DNA from: an uncultured cyanobacterium | GTDB lineage: Bacteria; Cyanobacteriota; Cyanobacteriia; Cyanobacteriales; Nostocaceae | Assembly: GCA_963706595.1 (NCBI GenBank) | Contig: OY970166.1 | Location: 2,272,001-2,336,000 of the forward strand | Direction of reading: 5' to 3' | Length of the DNA stretch: 64,000 nucleotides | Shown: positions 31,740 through 40,623 of the stretch, piece by piece | Numbering within the stretch: the stretch's first letter is position 1 | How the letters are laid out: the number at the start of each line of letters is the position of its first letter | Notes under the pieces: model-generated | Seen by the model: the letters and a program-made list of their open reading frames with translations, nothing else | Told to the model about the DNA's origin: nothing | Databases searched by the model: none | Translations under genes and position numbers: made by a program

Positions 31740-33440
31740 CTAGAAGGTGAAGGTAGTTCTGAGAGTACCGATAAACGAATCGTCGTTGCTGCTTTGACCA
31801 GGGTTTGTCACCCAGATTACGCCAGGAGTAACTGAGATGTTATCAGAAACGCGATATTTGTAGAAGCCTTCAACTTGGTATGGAACTTTGTTAGAACCAT
31901 CTACTACACCGCGTGAATAGGGAACAGCACCGCCGAAGATACCCAAGACGTTACCTCTTTTACCAAAGTCAGGTAAGGCTAAACCAACACCGTAACTCCA
32001 AACTTCTTTGTCATCACCTACACCAAAACCTGTGACATCGGTATAAGATACAAAGCCGCTAAATGATAGTCTGTCGCTGGGTCTGAAGGCAGCTGAGACA
32101 CCATAAGAGTTTGTTGAAGATGGGTTTTGCAGAGTATTGGCTATGCTAGTACCTACGACAGGAGTACCTAAAGAGGAACCTGCATCAAATAAATTACTAT
32201 TTGCACCATGATAACCGTGAACGTAGGTTGCCGCTAGTGCCAAGCGATCGCCAACGCTAAAGTTCAACTGTCCTAAAGCAGCATAGTCACCGTCAAATAT
32301 GCCTGAACCAGGATTAGGATTATTAGCTTCTGATCCCAAATAACCTACAGTTACTGAACTGGGTCGAAGAATACCACCACCTTGACCCAAGGGTAAGGTA
32401 AAGGCAATACCAGCACCACCACCAATCCGATAGATGGGATTTTCCGAACCAAAGGTAGTTAAAGCACCGTTACCACCATCAGTTCCGTCAGCAAAGTAGG
32501 GATTGTTAACTGCTGCATACTGGCTGTGTTTACCACCGCTAGCCGCAAGGTAAACTTGGGCTGGTCCGATAGGTGCTTGGTAGGTTAATCTGTCTATCTC
32601 AACGTTATTGCCATTAGTGTCACCAATGTTAAAGGTTTGCAGACCTTCACCACTACCAGGAAGACCAAGGTTCAAGGGAGTTGCATTACCAGAGGCCAAA
32701 CGGGTGGTCAAAAGATCACGACCGGTGAAGCTGGTTTGCAAGCCTAAACGGACTCTGTTTTGGAAAACGGTATTGTTACTGGCATCATCACGGCGAATGG
32801 AATCAGTCACAGCAAAAATTGCTTCCCCAGCCAGCTTGGTAGTGGTGGAAAACTGATTGGCTTCCAATTCAGCAGTCCGCGCTTCTAGGGAATCTACGCG
32901 ACCGCGTAGAGTTGCCAATTCTGCGGAAAACTCTTCTTGTAAACGCTGTAAGGTAGCTAAATCTTGTCTGGTCACCATGTCAGCTGTTGCTGTGGCGATT
33001 AATTCGTTAACTCTATCCAAACAAGCGTTTAAACCAGCAGCAAATTCAAAACGGGTTAAAGCCCGATTACCGCGATAAGTCGCATTTGGGTAACCAGCAA
33101 TACAACCGTAGCGCTCGACTAAGGATTGCAACGCTTGGAATGCCCAGTCTGTTGGTTGTACGTCAGAAAACTGGGAAACAGATGTTACTTGAGACAGAGT
33201 AGTATTTTCTTTGCCTTCTTTGCTGTAGCTATTAACTTGGTTAATAACATTTGTCTCGTTGGTTGCTTGAGCAAAGATTTCTGGCTGTTGAGCAACTTCA
33301 GTAGCGGCTTGTTGTTCAGTTACCGAGATTTCTGTGGTGGTACTTGGGGCTGCAATTGCTGCGGCTGAAACTAACAATGTTGCTCCCAGAACTGCTGGGC
33401 TAACTACTAGGGACTTCCACAAAATATTAGACATTTTCAC
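31740..33440 (-). CDS. Cyanobacterial outer-membrane porin (SLH + OprB-like, SomA/B family)
   Basis: QVTSVSQFSDVQPTDWAFQALQSLVERYGC SLH, FSTTTKL, C-terminal LRTTFTF. Confidence 0.96.
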   Translation of the reverse strand: MKMSNILWKSLVVSPAVLGATLLVSAAAIAAPSTTTEISVTEQQAATEVAQQPEIFAQATNETNVINQVNSYSKEGKENTTLSQVTSVSQFSDVQPTDWAFQALQSLVERYGCIAGYPNATYRGNRALTRFEFAAGLNACLDRVNELIATATADMVTRQDLATLQRLQEEFSAELATLRGRVDSLEARTAELEANQFSTTTKLAGEAIFAVTDSIRRDDASNNTVFQNRVRLGLQTSFTGRDLLTTRLASGNATPLNLGLPGSGEGLQTFNIGDTNGNNVEIDRLTYQAPIGPAQVYLAASGGKHSQYAAVNNPYFADGTDGGNGALTTFGSENPIYRIGGGAGIAFTLPLGQGGGILRPSSVTVGYLGSEANNPNPGSGIFDGDYAALGQLNFSVGDRLALAATYVHGYHGANSNLFDAGSSLGTPVVGTSIANTLQNPSSTNSYGVSAAFRPSDRLSFSGFVSYTDVTGFGVGDDKEVWSYGVGLALPDFGKRGNVLGIFGGAVPYSRGVVDGSNKVPYQVEGFYKYRVSDNISVTPGVIWVTNPGQSSNDDSFIGTLRTTFTF

Positions 33441-33796
33441 TTTTTCCTCACACCTTGTATAGATAATTGTTGTTGTTGCACTTAACTCTCAAGAATCTAA
33501 CAATTGTTTAACTGTTTTGATCAGGCACAGTTGCCAATACCACAACTTTAGTTTTTGCTAGCCTAATAGCTGATTAATTTAACTTTTAAATTAATGTGAT
33601 TAACTAATGCAAAAACTCAACTCCATAGCATACCATTATAAGCTATCTGAAGTATATGGCAACATATTAGCGATCGCTTGATTAACTGTCACATACAATC
33701 ATCTTGATCAACTCTGACGCTCACAGGTTTTATATGTTCCCCCTCCGGAGCTATTCGTAATATCGCCCCCAATTAGGGCTTTTCGGCAAAAAACTT

Positions 33797-34078
33797 TTAG
33801 CTGATTTGAGAAACTATCTCAGCTACCTCAAAGTCCTTTTGTGTCAACCCACCGGCATCATGTGTTGTCAGGGTAATAATGACTTTGTTATAAGAAATTT
33901 CTATGTCTGGATGATGTCCCGACGATTCCGCAGGTTCTACTAGCTTATTTACAAATTCAATAGCAGCGATAAAATCTTTGAATTTGCGGGTACTCTGCAA
34001 CTTAGAACCCTCAACTGTCCAACCTGACAAACGGCTGGCCTGTGCTTGAATTTCTGCATCAGTCAGTAGTTTAGCCAT
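33797..34078 (-). CDS. Pterin-4-alpha-carbinolamine dehydratase
   Basis: FKDF...AE..GHHPDI...LTTHDAGGLT.KD. Confidence 0.93.
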   Translation of the reverse strand: MAKLLTDAEIQAQASRLSGWTVEGSKLQSTRKFKDFIAAIEFVNKLVEPAESSGHHPDIEISYNKVIITLTTHDAGGLTQKDFEVAEIVSQIS

Positions 34079-34289
34079 ATTAAAAAATTCCTGTTTACAT
34101 CTTTGCTCAATCTTGAACTGTATTATCCTAGTCATTTATGACTAGACAAAAAATATGTCGGATAATTCCCAGGTTCACTTACTATAAATCTGCAAAATTT
34201 TTGATTGCTTAAAAATACTTTAACGTAATTTCTTTGTCAGTTTTACACAGAAACCATTGATAAATCAAAACATACCCATAAAAAACTAT

Positions 34290-34328
34290 CCGCCCTGATT
34301 TAGATCAGATGATCTAATATCAGGGCGG
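34290..34328 (-). terminator. Rho-independent terminator
   Basis: CCGCCCTGAT-TTAGATC / GATCTAA-T-ATCAGGGCGG stem followed by ATAGTTTTTT on minus strand. Confidence 0.7.
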
Positions 34329-34431
34329 TGTAGCGGGTCTTCAGGTTGCAACCAGACTGCCGGAAGGAACTCCGAACTTTAGCCTAGCTACTTGAGCTAA
34401 CTTAGTCTCACAAGGAAACTAAGGCTAACTT

Positions 34432-34503
34432 TTAGAGAACAGCCCCGGCACGCAGCCGGCTAACTGCAACCTGATGACCCATGCTTATACTACTTTCTAT
34501 CAT
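34432..34503 (-). CDS. Candidate 23-aa small protein MIESSISMGHQVAVSRLRAGAVL
   Basis: Near-perfect SD AAGGAGGTG just upstream; alternative in-frame ATG at 34509. Confidence 0.45.
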   Translation of the reverse strand: MIESSISMGHQVAVSRLRAGAVL

Positions 34504-34615
34504 GGGCATCACCTCCTTGTTGCCTAAGCGGTCTTAGTTTTAAAAGGGCAGAGCATCTCGCTCTGGGTTCTTAACCTGAAATCAATATAACACAGAATTT
34601 TTAGTTGGAAAAATA

Positions 34616-34647
34616 AATAAACCCCCGCCTGAAGACGGGGGTTTATT
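34616..34647 (-). terminator. psbD terminator
   Basis: aataaacccccg-cctgaaga-cgggggtttatt. Confidence 0.75.
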
Positions 34648-34673
34648 GAAAAATGGGGAATGAGATTTTTATC

Positions 34674-35735
34674 TTAGAGTGCGTTACCGCGAGGTAGAAC
34701 TTCCTCTGGGAACACAAACTGTTTGTGAGGCTGATCTTGAGGAGCCATCCAAGCGCGGATACCTTCGTTCAGCAAAATGTTTTTGGTATAGAAAGTTTCA
34801 AACTCTGGGTCTTCTGCTGCCCGTAATTCTTGGGAAACGAAGTCATAAGCCCGCAGGTTTAGTGCTAAACCAACAATCCCAATTGATGCCATCCATAAGC
34901 CAGTGACTGGCACAAATAGCATAAAGAAGTGTAACCAACGTTTGTTGGAGAAAGCAATCCCGAAAATCTGTGACCAGAAACGGTTCGCTGTCACCATTGA
35001 GTAGGTTTCTTCAGCTTGGGTAGGGTTAAAAGCTGGGAAGGTGTTAGAAGAACCTTCACCGTCTTCAAACAAGGTGTTTTCTACTGTGGCTCCATGAATG
35101 GCACACAATAGCGCACCACCCAAGACACCTGCTACACCCATCATGTGGAAGGGGTTGAGTGTCCAGTTGTGGAAACCTTGCAGGAATAGTAGAAAACGGA
35201 AGATTGCAGCTACACCAAAGCTAGGTCCAAAGAACCAGCTTGACTGTCCCAAGGGGTACATCAGAAATACGCTGACGAATACCGCAATAGGTGCAGAGAA
35301 GGCAAGAGCGTTGTATGGACGGATGCCTACTAGACGGGCAATTTCAAATTGGCGCAACATGAAGCCAATCAATGCAAAGGCTCCGTGTAGGGCTACGAAT
35401 GGCCACAATCCACCCAATTGGAACCAACGGGTGAGGTCGCCTTGAGCTTCGGGTCCCCACAACAATAGTAGGGAGTGTCCTAAGCTGTCTGGAGGTGAGG
35501 AAACTGCAACTGTTAAAAAGTTAGCTCCTTCCAGGTAAGATGATGCTAATCCGTGGGAGTACCAGGAGGTGACGAATGTTGTACCGGTGAGCCAACCGCC
35601 TAGTGCTAGGTAAGCGCAGGGAAATAATAATATCCCTGACCAGCCTACGAATACGAAGCGATCGCGCTTTAACCAGTCGTCTAATACGTCAAACCACCCT
35701 CTTGTACTAGGGGCGCGTCCAACTGCGATGGTCAT
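34674..35735 (-). CDS. psbD: Photosystem II D2 protein, stand-alone divergent copy (no psbC downstream)
   Basis: [34 protein letters not shown]. Confidence 0.98.
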   Translation of the reverse strand: MTIAVGRAPSTRGWFDVLDDWLKRDRFVFVGWSGILLFPCAYLALGGWLTGTTFVTSWYSHGLASSYLEGANFLTVAVSSPPDSLGHSLLLLWGPEAQGDLTRWFQLGGLWPFVALHGAFALIGFMLRQFEIARLVGIRPYNALAFSAPIAVFVSVFLMYPLGQSSWFFGPSFGVAAIFRFLLFLQGFHNWTLNPFHMMGVAGVLGGALLCAIHGATVENTLFEDGEGSSNTFPAFNPTQAEETYSMVTANRFWSQIFGIAFSNKRWLHFFMLFVPVTGLWMASIGIVGLALNLRAYDFVSQELRAAEDPEFETFYTKNILLNEGIRAWMAPQDQPHKQFVFPEEVLPRGNAL

Positions 35736-35834
35736 GAGAACGAATCTCCAAATTGTTTATAAGTACAGGTCTGTTTATCGATAAACTTTTGACATTTATC
35801 TGTATGCAGACAGTTTACCAGATTGTCAATCTAG

Positions 35835-35852
35835 TTTACAAATTTTTACTGA
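35835..35852. promoter_or_regulatory. HLR1-like (RpaB) direct repeat upstream of psbD
   Basis: TTTACAAA-TT-TTTACTGA; a similar motif lies at 4637-4654 upstream of hemH. Confidence 0.35.
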
Positions 35853-36120
35853 CTCTCATAATTATAAACACAAATTGTTAATTTTTCCACTAAATTATTT
35901 ATTTTCATCTGGGAGTGGGGAGTGGGGAGTGGGGAGTAGGGAGTAGGGAGTGGGGGAAACCCAGTTAACTGTCAACTGTCCCTAATCCTTCATAGGCATC
36001 TTCTGTAAACCTTTGTAGAGACTTTGCATACAACGTCTCTACATTCTTTGTCACCAGATGACCAATTCCTAATTCCCTAACGCTAAAATGAGTCCTACAG
36101 TTCTGTTTGACTAATCCTAA

Positions 36121-36393
36121 ATGTTTACCATTGACTTAAGTATCAAAAATACTGCTTTCCCCATATCAGTACAACGTAAGACAGCAGAGGATGCTGAGGC
36201 GATATATCAGCTGATTTTGGCGGCTATGCGCTCTGGAAACCCTGACATCGTGGAACTTAAGTGTGAGGGTAAGACGGAAAAAAAAGTTGCTGTCCGTTCT
36301 AGCGAAATTTCTGGAGTACAGATTGTGCAAAAAGATGGTGCAACCACGAGTAGCGGTAGACCACCGGGCTTTTTTGCAGTAACTGCTGAATAA
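36121..36393 (+). CDS. Conserved cyanobacterial hypothetical protein
   Basis: P.SVQRK..EDAEA.Y, C-terminal PPGF; operon with ABC ATPase. Confidence 0.75.
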   Translation: MFTIDLSIKNTAFPISVQRKTAEDAEAIYQLILAAMRSGNPDIVELKCEGKTEKKVAVRSSEISGVQIVQKDGATTSSGRPPGFFAVTAE

Positions 36394-36406
36394 TTAAGGT
36401 ATAGAA

Positions 36407-37084
36407 ATGTCAGAAGTTGGCATTGAGGTCAAGGATTTAGAATTTAGTTGGCCTAATGGGGCGAAGGCAATCCAATCTTGCTCTCTGGAAGTACCTGTGG
36501 GTGAATTTTGGATGCTTTTGGGTACAAATGGCAGTGGCAAATCTACATTACTCCGACTACTGGCCGGGCTATTAGCTCCTCAGTCCGGTGAAATTAAGGT
36601 TTTAGAACCCGTTGGCTTTGTCTTTCAAAATCCTGATCATCAACTGGTGATGCCAACTGTTGGTGCTGACGTGGCTTTTGGACTAGTGGAAGAAAAGTTA
36701 CCGCCTGCTACGGTGAGGACAAGGGTTGAGGAGGCTTTAGGTTCGGTGAATTTGTCGGCTCTACAATTACGCCCAATCTATGCTTTGAGTGGGGGGCAAA
36801 AACAACGTGTGGCGATCGCAGGTGCGATCGCTCGGCGTTGTGAAATCTTATTATTAGATGAACCCACAGCTTTACTCGATCCAGATAGCCAATTGGACTT
36901 AGTGGCTGGTGTCCGTCGCTTAGTCAAAAGTCGGGGAATTACAGCCCTGTGGGTGACTCATCGTCTAGATGAGTTGAATTACTGTGACGGCGCTTTCTTA
37001 CTAGAAAAAGGCCGTTTGATCGATCAAGGTGAACCTCAGCGTCTTAAACAACGTTTGATGACAATGGATGATGAATCTGCTTAA
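36407..37084 (+). CDS. EcfA/CbiO-like ABC ATPase
   Basis: GTNGSGKS, FQNPDHQ, LSGGQKQR, LLDEPT. Confidence 0.9.
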   Translation: MSEVGIEVKDLEFSWPNGAKAIQSCSLEVPVGEFWMLLGTNGSGKSTLLRLLAGLLAPQSGEIKVLEPVGFVFQNPDHQLVMPTVGADVAFGLVEEKLPPATVRTRVEEALGSVNLSALQLRPIYALSGGQKQRVAIAGAIARRCEILLLDEPTALLDPDSQLDLVAGVRRLVKSRGITALWVTHRLDELNYCDGAFLLEKGRLIDQGEPQRLKQRLMTMDDESA

Positions 37085-37301
37085 ACTCCCATTTTCTCCC
37101 ATCCTTTTTTTGAATAATTACTAACAATTGCGACGCGCCTGAATCAGGCGCGTTTCTCTTTGGGCAAGGTTTTTCCAGTCCAATTGTGTCGTCTGCTGGC
37201 ATTTTTTAGTGCTTTGTAACATAGAGTTACAGACAATACTTCAATTACCATGAAACTTATGAATGAATTTTGTTAACTCTAGATAACTGTGATTAAAAAC
37301 C

Positions 37302-37853
37302 ATGCCTCGTTCGTTACTCCAAGCTGTCTTGTTCGTAGACGGCTACAATATAATCGGCGCTTGGCCTTGCCTGAAAAAAACCCGTGATCATGCCGGATTA
37401 GAGGCTGCACGCTGGGAATTGGTAGAAGCAATGACTAGCTACAGCTCTTTTCAAGGTTATGATACTCAAATAGTTTTTGATGCCCAATATCATCAAGCTT
37501 CTAGCAATAAAGAAGTTATTACAGAACTCTTATCAGTTCATTACACAGATTTTGGGCAAACAGCAGACACCTATATTGAAAAATCTTGTGCATCTCTGCG
37601 CTATGAGAAGGCGAAATCTCTGATTCATCGCGTGATTGTTGCCACCTCCGACCGCGCACAGCAGTTGATGGTACAGGGGTATGGTGCTGAATGGTTGTCG
37701 GCACAGCAACTGTCTGGTGAAGTAGAAAGTACAGTTTGCCGGATGCGACATAAATATCAACAGCGCAAACAATCCAAAAGTAGGTTCTTAGCTAACTCTA
37801 TTGATGCTAAAGCCCGACAGCGATTGGCTGAATTACGCATGGGATTACAGTAG
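37302..37853 (+). CDS. NYN-domain (YacP/Rae1-like) ribonuclease
   Basis: VDGYNII, IVFDA, TADTYIE, VATSD. Confidence 0.9.
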   Translation: MPRSLLQAVLFVDGYNIIGAWPCLKKTRDHAGLEAARWELVEAMTSYSSFQGYDTQIVFDAQYHQASSNKEVITELLSVHYTDFGQTADTYIEKSCASLRYEKAKSLIHRVIVATSDRAQQLMVQGYGAEWLSAQQLSGEVESTVCRMRHKYQQRKQSKSRFLANSIDAKARQRLAELRMGLQ

Positions 37854-37951
37854 CTCCTAAATTATAAAAGCCTGAAACCAGCCGCCAGATGGCGTTTTGG
37901 CTATAATGCTATGGGAATTTAATATCGGCAAAAAAATTTTTGAAAAAAGAC

Positions 37952-37980
37952 TTGCCAAATCTTATATTTAGTCTTAAGAT
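37952..37980 (+). promoter_or_regulatory. sigma70-type promoter of tRNA-Asn
   Basis: TTGCCA-N17-TAAGAT. Confidence 0.55.
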
Positions 37981-37996
37981 GTTTAATTGTAAGCGT

Positions 37997-38068
<72 letters not shown>

Positions 38069-38349
38069 TTTAATCAAATAATGTCAAAAAGTCTGAGGCA
38101 TGGAAGATAAAATCTCCAGCTTTGGGCTTTTGGCTTTTATGCCCTGGTTGTGGGTTTTGATAAATGTAGGGGTAGCTTGAGTAGCCACTGCGGTCTTGAG
38201 GTTTCCCCAACCTAAATTTTTTTCTGGCATCAGAGATAAAAGAGCGCTATTTACGGAGAATATACGCGCCTGTGGGTTCTCAACAGACTTTACAAACATC
38301 CTCTTATCCAGGCTCGTCAATACTTAGATGTGTTGCTTTGGGGTTGACC

Positions 38350-39081
38350 CTACTTTTCAGATATATAAATTTTTAGATTAATCATCTCTTTCAAACTGCT
38401 CAGGTAAGTTAGCAGCGCATAGATAAAAGTTACAGTTCCTGTCATCTCTAGCAATTCTTCAATTATTATGGCAATTGTGGTTAGTATGTCAAGCCGACCA
38501 AAATATACTCTGAAAAGCCCAGTAACCATTTCCATGCCCAGCGCCCCACCTATATACAAAATTGCGGACAAAAGGAATAAATATTGAGTCTTCTTAGGTA
38601 AATTTAGGAAAAATTGGAAATATTTAAATACAAAAAATATAACCGCAGGAATTCCAAATATAACCCAGGTGTGAAAAAATATTGGGGGGAGATTAAATAC
38701 TTCTCTTAGCGATGGAATAATCAAAATTTCGTGGATGCTAAAGGCTTCATCGAGGCTGAGGAAGAAAAATATTAAAGATAGATTTTTCCAATAAATATAA
38801 TACTTATCTGTCTTTTTAATTGCAGTAATTACTGCTAGCAATCCCGAACAAAATAATAGCTTGAACGATGAATACCAAGCTGGGATATTTAACTCTTCAT
38901 CAAGGCTAAAGAGTTGGTAAAACCATTTTGAACTGGGAAATGGGAACTCGAAAACCCAGAAATAACCACTGATAGCGCCAGTTAGGGTAAGACATAAAAT
39001 GACAATAATTAAACGTTGTGTAATTTTGTTAATAGAGATATAAATTGGTAACTCTACATCACGAGTAGATGGCTGCGGCAT
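38350..39081 (-). CDS. Polytopic membrane protein of unknown function
   Basis: LDEELNIPAWYSS, LSLDE..SIHE, EELLEM.G; ~7 TM segments. Confidence 0.8.
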   Translation of the reverse strand: MPQPSTRDVELPIYISINKITQRLIIVILCLTLTGAISGYFWVFEFPFPSSKWFYQLFSLDEELNIPAWYSSFKLLFCSGLLAVITAIKKTDKYYIYWKNLSLIFFFLSLDEAFSIHEILIIPSLREVFNLPPIFFHTWVIFGIPAVIFFVFKYFQFFLNLPKKTQYLFLLSAILYIGGALGMEMVTGLFRVYFGRLDILTTIAIIIEELLEMTGTVTFIYALLTYLSSLKEMINLKIYISEK

Positions 39082-39144
39082 ATAAATATTTTAGTAATAT
39101 TGTTAACATTAACACGAAACTTTCCACCTGAAAATTCCCTAAGT

Positions 39145-39320
39145 GGGGAAGAGAAAAAAAAATAGCGATCGCCGCCATCGGACATCCCAGCTACCTTGGA
39201 GATGATTCCCAGAGCGTCTTAAACTGCAAGCAACTGTGATCGCAGTCAAAATCATCATCAGAGGCATGATTATTGTTCCTCCCTGGCTTGGCGTGAGGCT
39301 TGAATGGGTTGAGCGATCGC
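39145..39320 (-). pseudogene. Partial duplicate of petR 3' end / petP 5' end
   Basis: 176 bp colinear with 43820-43995, 11 mismatches by my count; ends at a HIP1 site. Confidence 0.9.
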
Positions 39321-39538
39321 ATCTTAATGAAGGATTTACGCGCCTATGGGGTTCTCAGCTGTTCCACATTGAACTTGCATAACATAGGGAGTTAAGATGC
39401 CCACCCCACAAGAGTTTCATCTAATTTAAATCTGCAAACTAGATCACTAAACACCAGATCACAGAAGCATGATTACGTATAATGCTATCCTTTTAAGCGA
39501 TCGCACTTAAATTATTAAAATTAGGGTATAGCTTTTAC

Positions 39539-40621
39539 ATGACTTCTGGGGCATTACCTGCGAATCCTTTTGTAGCTGCGGGGATGATTGAAGACCCCAA
39601 GCTGTTTGTCGGTCGTAAAGATGAGTTACACGCGATCGCATCTCGAATGAGTGGTGTCCAGCCGACAAGTATTAATATTGTCGGTGACAAGCGAATTGGT
39701 AAATCGTCGTTGCTGTATCACTACTGTTTGACTTGGGAACAGCGAGTACAAGACCCTAGTCGTTATGTCGTCATTTACCTCTCCCTGCAATCTGCTGTAT
39801 GTCAGCGAGAGGAAAATTTTTATTTAGCAGTGGCGCGGGAATTGCTGAATTTTTCCACTGTGGCGACAAATCCAGCTTTAAGCGACCCTTTGAACGTTAG
39901 ACCTCTTGACCGTGCAGCTTTTTCAGATGCGATCAAAGAATGGAAACAGCAAGGAATATTACCAGTTCTTTGCTTGGATGATTTTAAGACTTTGTTTGGT
40001 AACAAGAACGAATTTAATGATGATTTTTATAATAATCTGCGCTCTTTGATGGATAGCAGTAGTTTGATGCTGATCGTGGCTTCACAGCACAAACTCGATG
40101 TTTACAGCAAAAAGCATCAGTTGACTTCTGATTTCTTCAATTTGGGTCATGTAATCAAGTTGCGTGGACTTAAAGAAGAAGAGGTAAAAGATTTGTTACG
40201 TCTACCTGCTAGCACTGTTAATGGTGCTGCATCAGCTTTGAGTATGGATGAACAGCGCCTGAGTCAGCAACTGGCTGGAAGCCATCCTTTTTTACTGCAA
40301 ATAGCAGGGCGTTTGGTATGTGAGGCGCGTCAGCATGGATATGATGAAAACTGGGTGAAGACTCGCTTTGCTGATGAATCTCGCCGTTTACCAAAGTCTA
40401 AACTAGGTTCTCGCCGATGGTGGCATCAGGTGCGCTGGTTAGTTTGGGATTTGCCAGTGCGCTTGGGTAAGATACCCAAATTTATTGGTGGAACTGTTGA
40501 CGATATCAGCAGCTGGATTATTGGTTTAGTCATCCTGCTTTTACCCGTTTTGGTTTTGGTGGGTGTGTTGCACTGGAATGAAGTTTGGGATTTTATCCGT
40601 GACCAGTTGGGGATAAAGTAA
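39539..40621 (+). CDS. STAND-like P-loop ATPase with C-terminal TM helix
   Basis: NPF...FVGRKDEL, GDKRIGKS, VLCLDDF, GSHPFLLQ. Confidence 0.82.
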   Translation: MTSGALPANPFVAAGMIEDPKLFVGRKDELHAIASRMSGVQPTSINIVGDKRIGKSSLLYHYCLTWEQRVQDPSRYVVIYLSLQSAVCQREENFYLAVARELLNFSTVATNPALSDPLNVRPLDRAAFSDAIKEWKQQGILPVLCLDDFKTLFGNKNEFNDDFYNNLRSLMDSSSLMLIVASQHKLDVYSKKHQLTSDFFNLGHVIKLRGLKEEEVKDLLRLPASTVNGAASALSMDEQRLSQQLAGSHPFLLQIAGRLVCEARQHGYDENWVKTRFADESRRLPKSKLGSRRWWHQVRWLVWDLPVRLGKIPKFIGGTVDDISSWIIGLVILLLPVLVLVGVLHWNEVWDFIRDQLGIK

Positions 40622-40623
40622 CC

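Larger units (their letters stand above)
34283..34577 (-). ncRNA. Candidate structured small RNA / dual-function RNA
   Basis: Extended -10 TGTTATATT at 34592-34584; long imperfect hairpin 34335-34480; terminator hairpin 34290-34328 + T-run. Confidence 0.6.

Noticed and set aside
37215..37231. NtcA-like palindrome TGTAAC...GTTACA
   Set aside because: Spacing is GTA-N9-TAC, not the N8 of NtcA boxes
38084..38320. 78-aa ORF, and a ~20-bp similarity between 38263 and 39338 (tacgcgcct.t.gggttctca)
   Set aside because: No recognisable motif or SD; the repeat is too short to interpret
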